A stretch of DNA of 63,613 nucleotides, counting the filler, from Octopus bimaculoides (lineage: Eukaryota): NCBI RefSeq assembly GCF_001194135.2. It is 7 parts of 7 records of this genome, joined end to end, with 100 filler letters (N's around TTAATTAATTAA, not from the genome) between each part and the next. Parts side by side here need not be neighbours in the genome. Positions count along the whole stretch, not along the records: positions 35,856 to 50,316 come from NC_068987.1; positions 50,417 to 58,095 come from NC_068992.1; 5 more parts are not named here. One strand, given 5' to 3'. Position 1 is the first letter of the stretch. Each line of letters opens with the position of its first letter. Below are positions 36,751 to 51,139 of the stretch, piece after piece. The notes under the pieces are model-generated. The model was not told the DNA's origin. It saw only the letters and a list, made by a program, of their open reading frames with translations, and made no database searches. A program made the translations under genes and the position numbers.

Positions 36751-38071
36751 AGAAAGAAAGAGAGCGGCTCTTAAAACATGTGACAGCGAAAGCGTATACT
36801 GAAAATTAATATTTCTGTCAACTTTGTACTTCATTTGCACATCCTGCTTTTATCAATCCGCGTTTCTCGAATACCAGTTTTATTCGCGCGTGAACATCGA
36901 TTATCATTTGGGACCGGTTGATTACATTTCTTTTGTAAGTTTTTATTGAATGTGTATCGATTTTCATTTATTCATCTTCGTTTTATCGTTTATGGGGTCC
37001 CAACATTTCCTTTTACAGGGCCTAGAAAAACCCGAAGCACCGCTGCAATAAGTGAGTGAATCAGAGAGAGATATATGTTGAAAAAAAAATCATAATTAAC
37101 TGACCCTCCTGCTGTTTCTATAACCTGAAGACATGAATCTTTCAGAAACTCCTCATATATGTATATGTAAACGTGATTAAACACGAAATAATCAAATGTA
37201 TATATCTTAAAGAAAATTGAAATTGTTCAATTTTCGCATATTTCTTTTATATATAGAATCAGATATGTTTTAATATGTAACATTGCCAAATTTAGCTTCA
37301 GTAAAGTAAATTTTAGAATGGAAAGTTTCGCTGTCAAAACAGCTCGACTATAACGCGTGTAAATATAAATGACAAGAATTGCACAGGCCACATAAAAGCT
37401 GATTTAATAGAATTTTAGAGCAAAGGATAATTCTAAAAACACTATCTGAGAAATTTCACTAACTTTAGAAATGATTGGGAAGAAATATTAAGTACAAATT
37501 GATAATAGGTTTGCAAAGAAATGAAAAGAAAGGAGAGAAATCCACAGAAATTTTTTCTATTAGATATAAGACAAACTTTCTTTTAAAATGTAGTAATTTT
37601 GATGAATCAATGCTGTTTATCAAAATGTTCGATGTGTAGGCCTAAAGCAAATTTCAAGAAATTGGCAAATGTCAGAGTTAATTTGTCTGCATTTTAATCC
37701 TCCAGTTCACAAATGAACTCTGATGTTTTGGTTCTGTTACACAAACGCACACACACATACACATGTATATGTATGTCTGTGTGTGTGCATGGGTATATGT
37801 AAATGTACGCATATATATACATGTATACACATACACATATATATAAATATATATACACTTATATACATATACATATATATATATATGTATGTATGTATGT
37901 ATATATACATAAACATGTACATTTTAATCCTCCAGTTCACAAATGAACTCTGATGTTTCGGTTCTGTTACACAAACGCACACACACAATACCCATGTATA
38001 TATATATGTATGTGTATGTATGTATGGATATATGTAAATGTACATATGTATATATACATGTATACACATAC

Positions 38072-38102
<31 letters not shown>

Positions 38103-38295
38103 CAAATATATACATATATATATATATACATATATATANNNNNNNNNNNNNNNNNNNNNNNNNNNNNNNNNNNNNNNNNNNNNNNNNNNNNNNNNNNNNN
38201 NNNNNNNNNNNNNNNNNNNNNNNNNNNNNNNNNNNNTATATACATTTATATATACACATACACACATATATATATGCATACATTTACATTTGTGT

Positions 38296-38329
<34 letters not shown>

Positions 38330-38341
<12 letters not shown>

Positions 38342-40449
38342 GCCCGTGTGTCTGCTTTGTGTATATGTTCGGGTGTAGATCACCCACCACTAATCGAGAA
38401 GCTGAACATGTTTACAAATTATATATTTTGAAAATAAATGGTAAGACAGAATTCACTGAGCAATTTGTTAAGATATCCAGCAGGTTACTACATACCTAAG
38501 CAGCAGGATGTAAAATAGTTATTACTGCTTTGTAAACAAATTACTTAAACTATTTAGTTTATCAAATGGGAATTATTCTAATAGACGAAGTTCTTAGCAT
38601 TAAAAAAATTGTTATTTACTCGAACGCCACCGTGCACTGGTGTTTTCTGAAATATAGTTTCGGGTTCATCTGTACTTGCTGATGAGCAACAATATATAAT
38701 AGATAACGTAGAGGAGAGTGGAGATTTATTCACACCCAAAACTTCTTTTATTAAAATGTTTTCTGCAGCATATATAACACTGACCTACATATGTTTCGAC
38801 TGCAGCGGCATCACATTGCTCTGTAAACAATTATGAATCCTAGTAATTGCAATTTCATCAAGGTTCCATCACTCACAGCATCTTCCAAGTGAACTGATTC
38901 AAACAAACGTCCTTAAATGATATTCAGCTGAAGGTGATAGCGTTCCTTTTTAAATGGAATTCTGGTCTTAATATGAAGATCCACCTAATGGCTGTGAACT
39001 TGCATAGTTCGTGTTCTCTTCGTATTCCGATGAGCTTTCGTTTGAATGCATATTAATTGATACAAGGAAAAGAAAACTGTGACCTCCCGACTTTTGGCTT
39101 ACAAGCCGTCATCACTCTACATATGTATGTGTGTATTTACAACTATTCAAGTAAGGAATATATGTATCTATCGAATATTCAGTTTCTTATAGAAGCAGTT
39201 AAATAATACATTTGTAATAAATCAAATTGCATCAATGACAGCACAATGAAATCAATATAAAATGAAAATGAATAATTATTTACTGCATGAATCTTACTGC
39301 TTCTTTATCGATAACTTCCTGCTATTGTTTCTATTGTTCTAAGTGATATTATCATTAAAATTTCGGTTGCACCACACTCCTTATGCGCAGTGTTTACTCA
39401 TACAATAAGGAGGTTGTGTATTTTCAACAAATCTCGTATATTTGGTATTCATCTACATGACGTGAGTAATAAACTTCCTAGTAGGCTTTAGCTAATTTCG
39501 GTTTTACAATGAAAACATCTTGTTTAACAATAGTAACTAAGACAATCAAAATCAGTTAAAATACATGAGAGACATAATAAATCTCTGCCTATCTATAACT
39601 TCCGGAGCTTTATATGTCTTTTTATTTTCAGTTTTTTCATATATATTGTATATTCCTTTTTTTATATTCTTTCTGGCTGATGTGAGTTATATCGTAATTT
39701 AAGAAATGCCAAAAATATATATTATAATTATGAGGGACGTGGTACTGCTGCTGGGAAAATTCTATTCAATATTAAGTTATTTCTTGGCTGGTTCTGATTT
39801 GAAATATATCGTTGTTACATTTTAATTTTGTCCTAGAATGATCCACAAACAATAACTATCATTCAAACATTGTCTACCCTTCGTTTTCTACTCCTTTTTC
39901 TATATTATTTAGTTTAGTGTGTCTTTTTAGCAATAAATACCAGTATCGAAATATAATGTTTATTAGCACAAGCTATATACTCATGCTAGAATCTGGCTTT
40001 TCAACGCATTAGGGAGTAAAGGACAAGAACATTGTTCATTAAAAATTATACTAGGTTAGATTTGGGTTTAATGTAGAAGTGTTAGAATAATAAAACATAA
40101 TTTCATGTGAGGAAATACATCTGGCAAACGATATCTTTAATGAAATATTTTGCTAATGAAATAGGTTAAACTGTCAGAAACACAATTATACGATTCCTTA
40201 TGACAATTTTCTAGGATTCTCTCTAGTCATTATCGGCACTTGCCGCAAAGCCATACGTCTCTCTATCAAACGTCTCAGGGTGTACAATGCATTTAGAAAT
40301 ATACAACCGCTTCATGTATACCTATTTCGGATACCCTTTTACAACTATACTGTTCACTACTTTAGATAACAATATATTCCCGCTTCAGATAATGTGAAAC
40401 GTGGCATTTAAATGTACGTATATATATATATATTTATACGTTTATACAC

Positions 40450-40495
<46 letters not shown>

Positions 40496-41095
40496 TTATA
40501 TACATTTATATACATGTATATATATATATATATATACATGCAAATATATATATGCATACATATACATTTACATTTGTGCGTTTATATTTATATATGCGCG
40601 TGCCCGTGTGTCTGCTTTGTGTATATGTCCGTGTACACATCACCTTTCACTAATCGACAAGCTAAATATGTTTACAAACTATATATTTTGAAAATAAATG
40701 GTAAGACAGAATTCACTGAGCAATTTGTTAAGATATCCAGCAGGTTACTACATACCTAAGCAGCAGGATCTAAAATAGTTATTACTGCTTTGTAAAGAAA
40801 TTACTTGAACCATTTCATTTATCAAATGAGAATTATTCTAATAGACGAATTTCTTAGCATTAAAGAATTGTTATTTACTCGAACGCCACCGTACACTGGT
40901 GTTTTCGCAAATATAGTTTCGTGTTCGTGTTTACTGAAATATAGTTTCGTGTTGATCTGTACTTGCTGATGAGCGGCAATATATAATTGATAACGTTGAG
41001 GAGGGTGAATATTTATTCACACCCAAAACTTTTTTTATTAAAATGCTTACTACAGCATATATAACATTGACCTACATATGTTTCGACTGCAGCGA
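38330..41095 (+). repeat. Local diverged direct duplication (~38330-38810 vs ~40590-41095)
   Basis: Shared block tatatgcgcgtgcccgtgtgtctgctttg...gtttcgactgcagcg with scattered substitutions and indels. Confidence 0.9.
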
Positions 41096-41234
41096 CTTGA
41101 CTCGTGAAACGTGGTATGTGGATATATGATCGATTATCAATAATTGAAATATAATCGTCAAATACTGATCTAAAACAACATGATCAAAGTAGCAAACGCT
41201 TATTTTTAATAATTAATGTTTTTAATAATTCAAT

Positions 41235-41590
41235 TCTGCCGAGGTCGATTTTGACTTTCAACTTTTACGGGGTTGAGACGATAAGGACCAATTGAGTAGA
41301 GGAGTCGATATAATCGACTTACTCTTTCCCCCGAAATTTGTGGCCTTGTGCCAAAATCTGAAACCAATAATTGCATTATCTAAGGCGGTGAGCTGACAGA
41401 ATCGTTAGAAACACCGGGAAAAATACTTACCGGCATTTCGTTTGTTTTTATGTTCAAATACTACCGAGGTTGAATTTGCCTTTCATCTTTTCCGGGTCGA
41501 TAAAATAAGTACCAATTGAGTACTGGGGTCGATGTAATCGATTAACTCCTGCCTTAAATTCGCTGGCCATGTGCCGAAATTTGAAAGCAA
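41235..41590 (+). mobile_element. Two tandem SINE family B copies
   Basis: Central-domain matches. Confidence 0.75.
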
Positions 41591-42730
41591 TAATTATATC
41601 ATGTAAAATTTAAATAGCTATATTTTTCAATTACATAAAGAGTAATACCAGTCAGGGATAAAACATACAGTGGCTTTGCTAAAACACTTAAAAATCTTAC
41701 ACATTCCAAAGGTTTCTGAAATAGTTTGAGGAACAGAAATTTTGAAGTGAGAAAATAAGTAGATTATATCAATTTACTTTGGAAATTGCTTTAAGTCATC
41801 GACTCACGACAGAATATATGCAAAGTTGACCTCGGTAGAATTTGAAAGTAGTACGTAAAATGCAGGAAGAAATACCGCAATCTTATTATTAAAGCAGCGG
41901 TTTTCAGTAGTTCATAACTTTAGATTTTAGATTCTATTGTAGTCTGCTAAATCAAGTATTGATTCACGTACATTAATAATGAATCAGCTATGATAAAGCA
42001 CATAAAGGGACACCAGCATTAACCACACCAATTTCATGATTTTATAAACATGCCACAAACACACGCTTCTTACCTCAAACACATAGAACACTTTGATAAG
42101 AAAATTTCTTATAGTAAAAGGTACAATGCAATATTTCACACTTGAACTAAATTCTGCATTTAAAATATTTTTCTCAATTCGCCTCATTGTTGAGTCAAAA
42201 ATGTTTGTCTGATTAATTGTTTATTCGTTCAAATTCAACAATTTTCGATGAATATTTCAATCAACTGTGTCCATAAAAGTACAACATACAATAAAATATG
42301 TGTATATAATACGCGCATGTGTTTGTGTGTGTGTGTATGTGTGTGCGTTTGTGTGTACGTGTGTGTGTGCGTGTGTATGTTCATATGCATGTGTTACGAA
42401 CGTTTCTGCTATATTTCCATTTCCAATCGCACTCAGGCACGCATACGCGCGTATACACGCATAGGCATTTGTATTAAATTTATTACATTTATGCAGTGTA
42501 TGTATGATAATTAAATCTTTGGGGTATGTATGTTTGTGAGCATCTAAATTTATGCAAGTATATTTAAACAAATATATGTGTGCCTATGTATCTTAGGTAA
42601 CTTAAATATGTTTCGGCCAAAGAGTAATCCAGGTATTGTCTAACTTCATAGCACAGCATCATGGAAACTGTCAAGTTATTTTTAAGTTAAGTTATATGCT
42701 ATCATGGTCCATTCATGAAATATATCCATG

Positions 42731-43255
42731 TATAGGTGTTTTTGTCTGTTCATTGGCTTACAGCAAGTACATCTGACTGGAGTTTAGTTCGGCTTTTTTC
42801 GATATTGACGATTTTCTGGAACTTGGATTCATTTCCGAATATTTTTATTTTGCTATGTTTGATGACGCTTATATAGACTATAAAGAGAAGTACCCCGGAG
42901 CAGACCCCCGCAGAACACCACTGGTAAATTTTGCTAGACTTGAGAGGATTCCACCGATCGGAGGAAATAATTAATCTTGTGTAATTGCGGAATCTCTTAT
43001 TGGGCAATTTCTGTCGAACGCTTTTCTGAAGTCGAGATGTATGATATCAGAATTCGAGACTGATTCCAAAGCTTTGAGGGCATCATCGATGTGATGTAAC
43101 AGTTGTGGTAGGCAGTCCCTGCTGCAGCGAAAGCCTTTCTGTTTGGGATTTAGAAAATTGTGGCTCTCCAGGAAGCCAGTTTTCCTTTATCTCACCACTC
43201 TTTCAAGCACTTTGATGTCATGGGCATAATACTTTTGTCGGAGTCGTATAAACGA
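42731..43255 (-). mobile_element. CR1/L2-group LINE RT remnant
   Basis: Minus strand reads FLESHNFLNPKQKGFRCSRDCLPQLLHHIDDALKAL..SDIIHLDFRKAFD, then GVCSGVLLFIVYI. Confidence 0.8.
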
Positions 43256-43577
43256 TTAAAGTGACACCTGCAATTTAGGACAACATATTTTCTCTATATG
43301 TACTTTACACACTAATGTAGTGTGTAGCTGAAATACTATAGATAGTCGTAATTACACTCTTGATGTAACGATCTAGCTTCAAAACTTTAAAATGCAATGT
43401 TATTATTATTGATTCTTTGGAGGGATAAGTTGCAGAAAGACGTGAAAATATGGTAGATGGAGGCAAAGGCATCATTTCAAAAGCTGATTCATATTATAAG
43501 TTTCATTTGACTTGTAATTTCAGGCATTACAACGGTGCAACGATGACCTGAGGTTCTTCTTGAAACACGCACTCATA

Positions 43578-43632
<55 letters not shown>

Positions 43633-44206
43633 ACACATACACGCACACACACATACACACACACACACATAGAGAGAGTGACAGAGAGAGAGAAAGTGAC
43701 AGAGAGAGAGAGAGTGACAGAGAGGGAGAGAGACAAAGACAGAGACAGGCAGAGGAATTGGTAAAAGGTGGCGCCAACATTGATGGAGGCTATGATGATG
43801 TTGGAAAATGTGGCTCTGAAATATTGACTTACACATCAGGTATACACATTTAGAACGTTGTCAGTTATGTTTAAGAGTAGTTTCAGCCATGAACGTTTCG
43901 ATCTACGGAATGTCCTAGTTATTTATCATCGTTTCTTCCAAATTGGTCTCAAACTAGAATTAAAGAATTATAATTTTAGTACGTTTCACCGGTAGCGGTC
44001 TAGACGTGGTATATCGAAGAAATTCAGTAAAAGATCAGTCGCTGGGAGTAAAAGAAAAGAAGTATGTTTTTATTGGTGTCTGTGTGTTAATGTTTTCGTG
44101 CTTGATACATCAATGAAATCTTGGCCTGTGGTGTACTGAATTTAACAAACTAGAAGTTTAGCATATAGCGAGAGGCAAAATACGTAACACACAAACACTA
44201 ATACAC

Positions 44207-44263
<57 letters not shown>

Positions 44264-44271
44264 GCTCTCTC

Positions 44272-44319
<48 letters not shown>

Positions 44320-44574
44320 NNNNNNNNNNNNNNNNNNNNNNNNNNATATATATATATATATATATATATAAATATATATATACATGTTTCCGGGTTCAGT
44401 CCCAATGTGTGGCACATTGGCCACTTGTTTTCTACTATAGCCTCGGCCCAACCATAGCATTGCGAGTAGATTTGATATACGGAAACTGAAAGTAGCCCGT
44501 TGTATACACATATATATATATATATGCAATTTTTTTTTCTCATCGTAAAACAACAAAGTATGCTCGCCTCTTGG

Positions 44575-44885
44575 AGTTCCAACTTGTTTGGGAAACGCTT
44601 TTTAAAAAAACAAACATTTCTCTCTTGTCATATCCGACATAAACTAACCACCCTGCATTACAATCGACTTGTACGAGATTTCCTTATGCACAACTCTTCT
44701 GATAGTGCATTCTGTATCTTTGAGGTATTTTCTAATTGCTCTTATTGGCGTTCGGAGTGTTTTGTCGATTATTTCAGGAAAATTTGATACAAAATTATGT
44801 GATCTGATAGTATTAGGTACTTGTGCTAGTGTTTGGATCTGCATAAGCAGCTTCAAGTTACTCTCGAAATTTGACATCTAAGAAT
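44575..44885 (-). mobile_element. DD37D (maT-like) transposase N-terminal fragment
   Basis: IRSHNFV..IIDKTLRTPIRAI..IRRVVHKEISYKSIVMQGG*FMS, resembling maT-type HTH regions. Confidence 0.6.
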
Positions 44886-47800
44886 TGTCAAGTTTCAGGA
44901 AGAGGGATATCTCTGTATTATTACGTTTCGCTTTTAAAGCAAGGATTACAGTTTGTTTTTCCAGTAGATAAAACAGTTATGAAAATGTTGGAGCTCTTGA
45001 AGAGGTGCCCTCAAAATACTGCAGCACTCTGTACACACACTGGATGTCTGCGTGTAAATACGCATGCATGCAGGTATATATATATACAGACAGATACAGA
45101 CAGACAGATAAATAGAGATTGGGAGATGGAGGAGGGAGAGAGACAGACAGACAGAAAGAGAATTAGAAAATGAAAGATTTATATTTGTTAGGTAAACATG
45201 GGAACTAATCCAGGATAATACATGAAGGTAGAAAAAACAATAACCGAAAGAAGGAAAAATGAAGCTTAAAAGGAAAATGGAGAGACAGAAATACATTTCT
45301 TTATAAAAAGAGAGATCAGTCGATCAATAATATTTATCCCTGTATGGTGCTCTTCTTTCAGTAGTAGGATAATACTAATAGCCATATATAGTACCAAGAT
45401 AGATATAGAATACTGACAAGGACACTATATGAATTACGTTATTGATAGTATTAATTATGTAATTAACGATTTCTATTTACATTCATTAATTTCGCAATAT
45501 AATGGTGCAAGAAATTTACACTTTTTTCAATGCAGTTTGATCGTCACAAATAACCGAATTAAATGCTTAGTGCCTTTAGTAAGGTTCAGAATAAAAAGTA
45601 TTCGGCTCATTTACTTTACGTGTCATTTCATCTTTGTCTGAAAATAAACCTGATGGGAAATTTCTCAATGTATAACTTGATTTATTTTTGATTTCCATTT
45701 AAAAACTTTTCCAAGCGATATATTCCGATCTCGTCTAATTGATTAACACTATTTTGAACGAGAAGCGTATCTAGCAAAAAAAGTGTCATTCACGTAAACA
45801 CTTTCAGCTTCATCGTCATCGTTACAGAAATAAATGCTACAGCGTTTATTTCTCTTGTGTTACTATCCATCCTTTTGATGCGTTTGCAATTAGCACGTGC
45901 CTTTGGGGGCTTACAACAAAATGGTACATTACCGCTCTTCAGCATTGATCTATATTTAACGAAGTGCTATGCTATATAACTACTTGATACAATGATATAA
46001 TGAAAATAACTTTGTCAACTTATCAGGAGCACGAATTGCATTAAACATATCAGAAACATACAATGGAGTACAGAACAAAATTCAATAAGCGAATCATAAA
46101 AGATTACATTCTGAAAACTTATCAATTACGTCATTGCAATTATTCGGGGAATAATGAATCCATTATACCTCTAGATGTGATCTTTCATTTTCTGTATTAA
46201 TCTTTGGATTTAATTACCAAGTTAAAAAGCTTTAAGTCAAAGGTTCATTTTCTAGATTACATTTCTTCATTTACCATTGACTAATTTTGTCAACGCCGTA
46301 TTTCTGATGAAATCATTTTAAATATCCTAATTTTTTAATATATTTTTCTAATATTTAATATATAAAATATGTCCTCATTTTAATGTTACATCGAGTTTAA
46401 CATAGTTACATCGATAATCTATAAAAGTTCCTATTCAGATTTCCGCATATGAAATTTAAGCCTCAAATAAAAATAGCTAACGAGAAAATTCTTTAACTAC
46501 TGGTGTATATTGATCCACATGGTTCAGTAGAGTTCAGACAATGGATTCCAAATGACGTCGATGATTTCATTTAGTTACGTGTACCTTAAAATAAAATTTA
46601 AAAAAATGAAACTCCTATAGATACTAATGGTTAGATATAGCAACAACATACCTCTTTACAAATCAGCGTAAGAGCATTATTGATCTTTTTATATTAAATT
46701 GACTATTTGTGTTCAGAGATAAGAATGTCCGCTCGGACAAAGGTCGCGGTAAGTTGATAGAGAATTGATTGATTGTATCTACAGATTAGACCACAATAGA
46801 TAAACTGGAGAGCTTGTTAAATCTACTAGAGAGTTTGCCTTGAAGTTGTAGAGTGCATTTTGTGAAAGAATTTTGATTATTTTATGCTAAACTAATTTCG
46901 GCTTACAAGTATATCTTTTGTCGTAAAATGATTTTACATCACATTTGTGTACTTAAAGGAACAGAACTTAACATACACATCATCTCACATAATATATATG
47001 TATTCTCATATTATGAATGGCCATACACAAGCACTCCTATACGTATACAACTGACAGAAAATTTGAAGACAAAAGCAATAGAAATGATTTTTAACTGTAC
47101 TGGTTAAAAATTCTTCCTTGTCACCTTCTCTGATCGACACTATAATTACTAGACTTTGATATCCCCATCTGAAATCGCTACAGGTAAGTTGTTATACAGA
47201 AATCCTGTCTAATTTTAGAGACCTAATTGATTTACTTCTGAAAATATTAGACATTTATTGGATAAGAAGCCTGGAATTTAAATACTTAATCTAGAGTCAT
47301 TGGTTGAAGATAAAAATTATATGAAATACATTTCATACTCAGATTTTCGGCGATGTATATTTGTGTTTTCGTATTTGCTTGGTACCCTGTCAAAAGAGAA
47401 AAATATTTGGACAGACATATTACACCTTCCACGCTGTACTTCTCTACACCATAATAAAAATCTTACATCAGTTAGGGAAGCGATTCCTGTCTTCCGAGCC
47501 TGGTTATTTTAATGGCAGATCACAGGTACAGTAAACTTAACTTAGCCCTACAAAGGCAACAAATTGTGTGAGTGGTAAATAAGTAGTGTATAAATTCGTG
47601 GCAAGAGAGGAACTAATTCTTCACCAAGTGTCGGATGAATTTTGAAAGCTTTATAATATTTGGCAATTTACCTTAAAAAGAAGTCAATATTTTAGCAGCC
47701 ATGCGATTCTTGAAAATCCCTGTCTCTTTAATATCGAATGTTTATTTAGATTTATAGCCTCATTTAGTAATAGTTCTCTACGTCTGTAGCCTTTACCGAA

Positions 47801-49096
47801 CAGTTTATTGCCGTGAAAATTAAGTGACCTGTTAAATGTGTCAAGTAGTCACCAGAGCACCTTTTAATTTCTGCACATCATCGTAGAAAATGTCATCTGT
47901 TACTTGACTGAACATNNNNNNNNNNNNNNNNNNNNNNNNNNNNNNNNNNNNNNNNNNNNNNNNNNNNNNNNNNNNNNNNNNNNNNNNNNNNNNNNNNNNN
48001 NNNNNNNNNNNNNNNNNNNNNNNNNNNNNNNNNNNNNNNNNNNNNNNNNNNNNNNNNNNNNNNNNNNNNNNNNNNNNNNNNNNNNNNNNNNNNNNNNNNN
48101 NNNNNNNNNNNNNNNNNNNNNNNNNNNNNNNNNNNNNNNNNNNNNNNNNNNNNNNNNNNNNNNNNNNNNNNNNNNNNNNNNNNNNNNNNNNNNNNNNNNN
48201 NNNNNNNNNNNNNNNNNNNNNNNNNNNNNNNNNNNNNNNNNNNNNNNNNNNNNNNNNNNNNNNNNATATATCAATCACCAATTCACATCTAAAGGATCAC
48301 TTTAAAGTCTGAGAAATTAATTGCATGAGCAGCTGCGCGTTGGATGGACTGAATTATATTATATCTTTTTTATTACGTATTGCTTCTGGTTTTCAAAATA
48401 TGTTTTTTATAATATGGCTGGTATTTTCTCCTCTAACACATTAATTTTAAGAAATTTTGACAGTGTTTTACATTATTGCTTTTGCTTTGATTTGATGGCT
48501 TCTCTCCACTTATGTTAAATTCAAAGTAATTTAGTATAACTTAAACATTAGTAACTAAATCCATTTCTGACGGTAGCCAAGTAACCCACATCAAAAAGTA
48601 AACAGTAGAATTTCACAAAATCCATAGGAATATTTCGCCTTATTTCTTTGGATTTAAAGATGTAAATGATGGAATTGAAAAGTTGAGAAGTAAAATGTAA
48701 AGACCTACATCTTTATAGATTTCGCTTCAAAACCCATGTTAGCTCAATTGTTGCTCGCAGAAACAAGGTGAGTGGGAACAGAGTGGGATGCTGTTAAATA
48801 TGATGAGAGCAATATACATTATCTTCCTTGATGCTTACACGAAGTAATGTGTTAAAATGTAAGGTTTATGTGTGAGGTAAAAAATACATTTTAGATTTTA
48901 AAACAGATACAGTATCCTAAGAGTTTTTGTTATGCCAGTGATTATGCCATATAACGAAAGCGGTAGTGGTACTTGCAAGATTGCAAAACATGATTTTCTT
49001 GAACACTGGTGATGTTTCTATTACTAAACAGAATTTTCCACCGAGAATTTTGAAGGCAAAATATAATTGATTTTTCAGGCGCATTAATTCTGTATG

Positions 49097-49811
49097 TAGT
49101 ACTGCCACGTCGTGTGTCTTTGTTTTACAGTGCTTCACCCTCGGTCCGTCGATTTTTGTGATAGCTGCAATGAAGGAACAGCGTGTTCCGTGAAATTTTG
49201 AGGAAAACGGCGGCCGAAACAGCTGTCGTGTTTCAAACAACTTACAAGTACGCTGCCATGAGCAAAACAGGTTTACGAGTGGTTTTCACGCTATAAGAAT
49301 GGTCACCTGTCGCTTCAAGACCAACAACGTTCAGAGCGAACGTCGATCTCCTGAACGAATGAAAACATCAAGAAAATTCATGACCTGATCTTGGAGGACC
49401 GTCATCGAACAATTGACAAAATAGTTGATATGACTGATGTGTTCTGAAGAACTTGTTCACGAATTTTGAGGGACAAATTGCGAATGAAAAGAGTTGTAGC
49501 AAAAGTAGGCACGACTGAATGCGTGTCGTGAACTCAGTTGGAAGTTGATTCGGTCCTGTTTTCGAAGGTCATCAGGGGTGACGAAAGCTCGTGTTACGGA
49601 ATTTGCAGATGTGGAAGAAGTGAAGAAAAACGACGGAGGCGTTAAAATAAGTCATTTAGCAGGAGTTCCAGCACTGTTTGGAATAGTTGAAATGCCCCAG
49701 GACCGACGCATTGCATCAAATAGATAATTTGATGCGAAAAAAAATCGGAAACATGTAAAACAAAGTGAATAGGTTAATATTGCACAATTCTGATTTCTTT
49801 TGGGTAACACC
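49097..49811 (+). mobile_element. Internally deleted copy of the mariner at 31021-32305
   Basis: Reverse-complement homology to 31.0-32.2 kb. GDES-like motif joined directly to FADVEEVKK; 3' TIR ttctgatttcttttgggtaacaccc. Confidence 0.85.
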
Positions 49812-50285
49812 CACCACGTATTACCGCGCATAAAAGAAAGAATCACTACGCATACTGCTACAAAGAGAAACCGGATATGCATAGACAGAATTGCAGATCA
49901 GCTAGACCAGGGTGGGTATGGAATTAAGTCACAACTGCATTCATAGCAAGTACCTCGTGATTTGGAATATAGATCCTGTTATTTTCGTTCGTTTGAGCTT
50001 CAGCGTGTTACCAAGTTATCTCAATTACTTAGCGGAACTGAAGTAGGATATCAAATATCTTTGGATTTAAAATTATATAATATACGTAAGATGTTATTCA
50101 ACTACCATCACTTTTAATATCAGGTAGCCTGTCTCTCGTTTTTTGATTTATAAATAGTTTGAGAAGTTTTCGACCATCCTATCTTAATTGTGTACTTAAC
50201 GAGTTCCTACTCGCACTGATAGGACACCACATTCGATTGCTCAGATTGGCATCTAGAGCAGGTACATTCTACTTAAGTAATATAT

Positions 50286-50316
<31 letters not shown>

Positions 50317-51139
50317 NNNNNNNNNNNNNNNNNNNNNNNNNNNNNNNNNNNNNNNNNNNNTTAATTAATTAANNNNNNNNNNNNNNNNNNNNNNNNNNNN
50401 NNNNNNNNNNNNNNNNTATATATATATATATATGAATGTATGCATGAATGCCTGTCTCTATGTATGCATATATGTCTGTCTGTCCGTATATATGTCTGTT
50501 TCTTTGAGTTTTATTTAAGTTCTTCTGAAGAGAGTTCACGCCGGTCATTGACAAAGGGACGAGCGTTTTTGAGTTAAGAGAGATCCCGGTATTTTTTTAA
50601 ATATATAGTTGAGTTGGTGAGTTGGTTCAGCTGTCGATGCACACACCCAAGTGTGTTCAGCTATTGATGAAAAGAATTTCAGTTGGAGAATAGTTGGAAT
50701 GTCTTACAAATCTTCACAGAGCTGTCTATAGATTGGATGTGAAGAATCCGCGTCAGTGTCGTTTGCTCTTTCTTCGAAAAACTACGTATTTCTACGTCTT
50801 CGTGTAAATTTATTGGTACATCACCTAGTGCACCAATAATGATAAGTACAAATAATAATTCATTGTCACTGACAAGAGCTTTAATTTCCGCATTAATTCA
50901 CATTAAATGTTCTCTTTTTCCTGGACTTTTAATGATACATTTAAATCCGTTGGGCAGATGACCTCTATAACATGTATGATCTTTTTCCCTATCCCACTGG
51001 ACAATGTGAGGTCTATTGTGTTTGAACCGAATTACTGTTTTTATCGGAGTGTTCCACCAGTGTTTCTTGTTTTAAAAAATGTGAATATATGCTGATTCTG
51101 ACATGCCTTTGATGTATAACGCCAGGAAAATCATTCCTG

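Noticed and set aside
37737-38499. Many 60-180 aa ORFs rich in YI/HT/CV/SL/RE
   Set aside because: Translations of dinucleotide microsatellites and N runs, here and throughout the window.
47153-47183. Strong CAG|GTAAGT donor with a possible 31-nt exon
   Set aside because: The only open frame is phase 0, incompatible with exon I; no supporting neighbouring exons.
47841-47915. Peptide MFSQVTDDIFYDDVQKLKGALVTT next to a gap
   Set aside because: Too short, and the ORF length is inflated by Ns.
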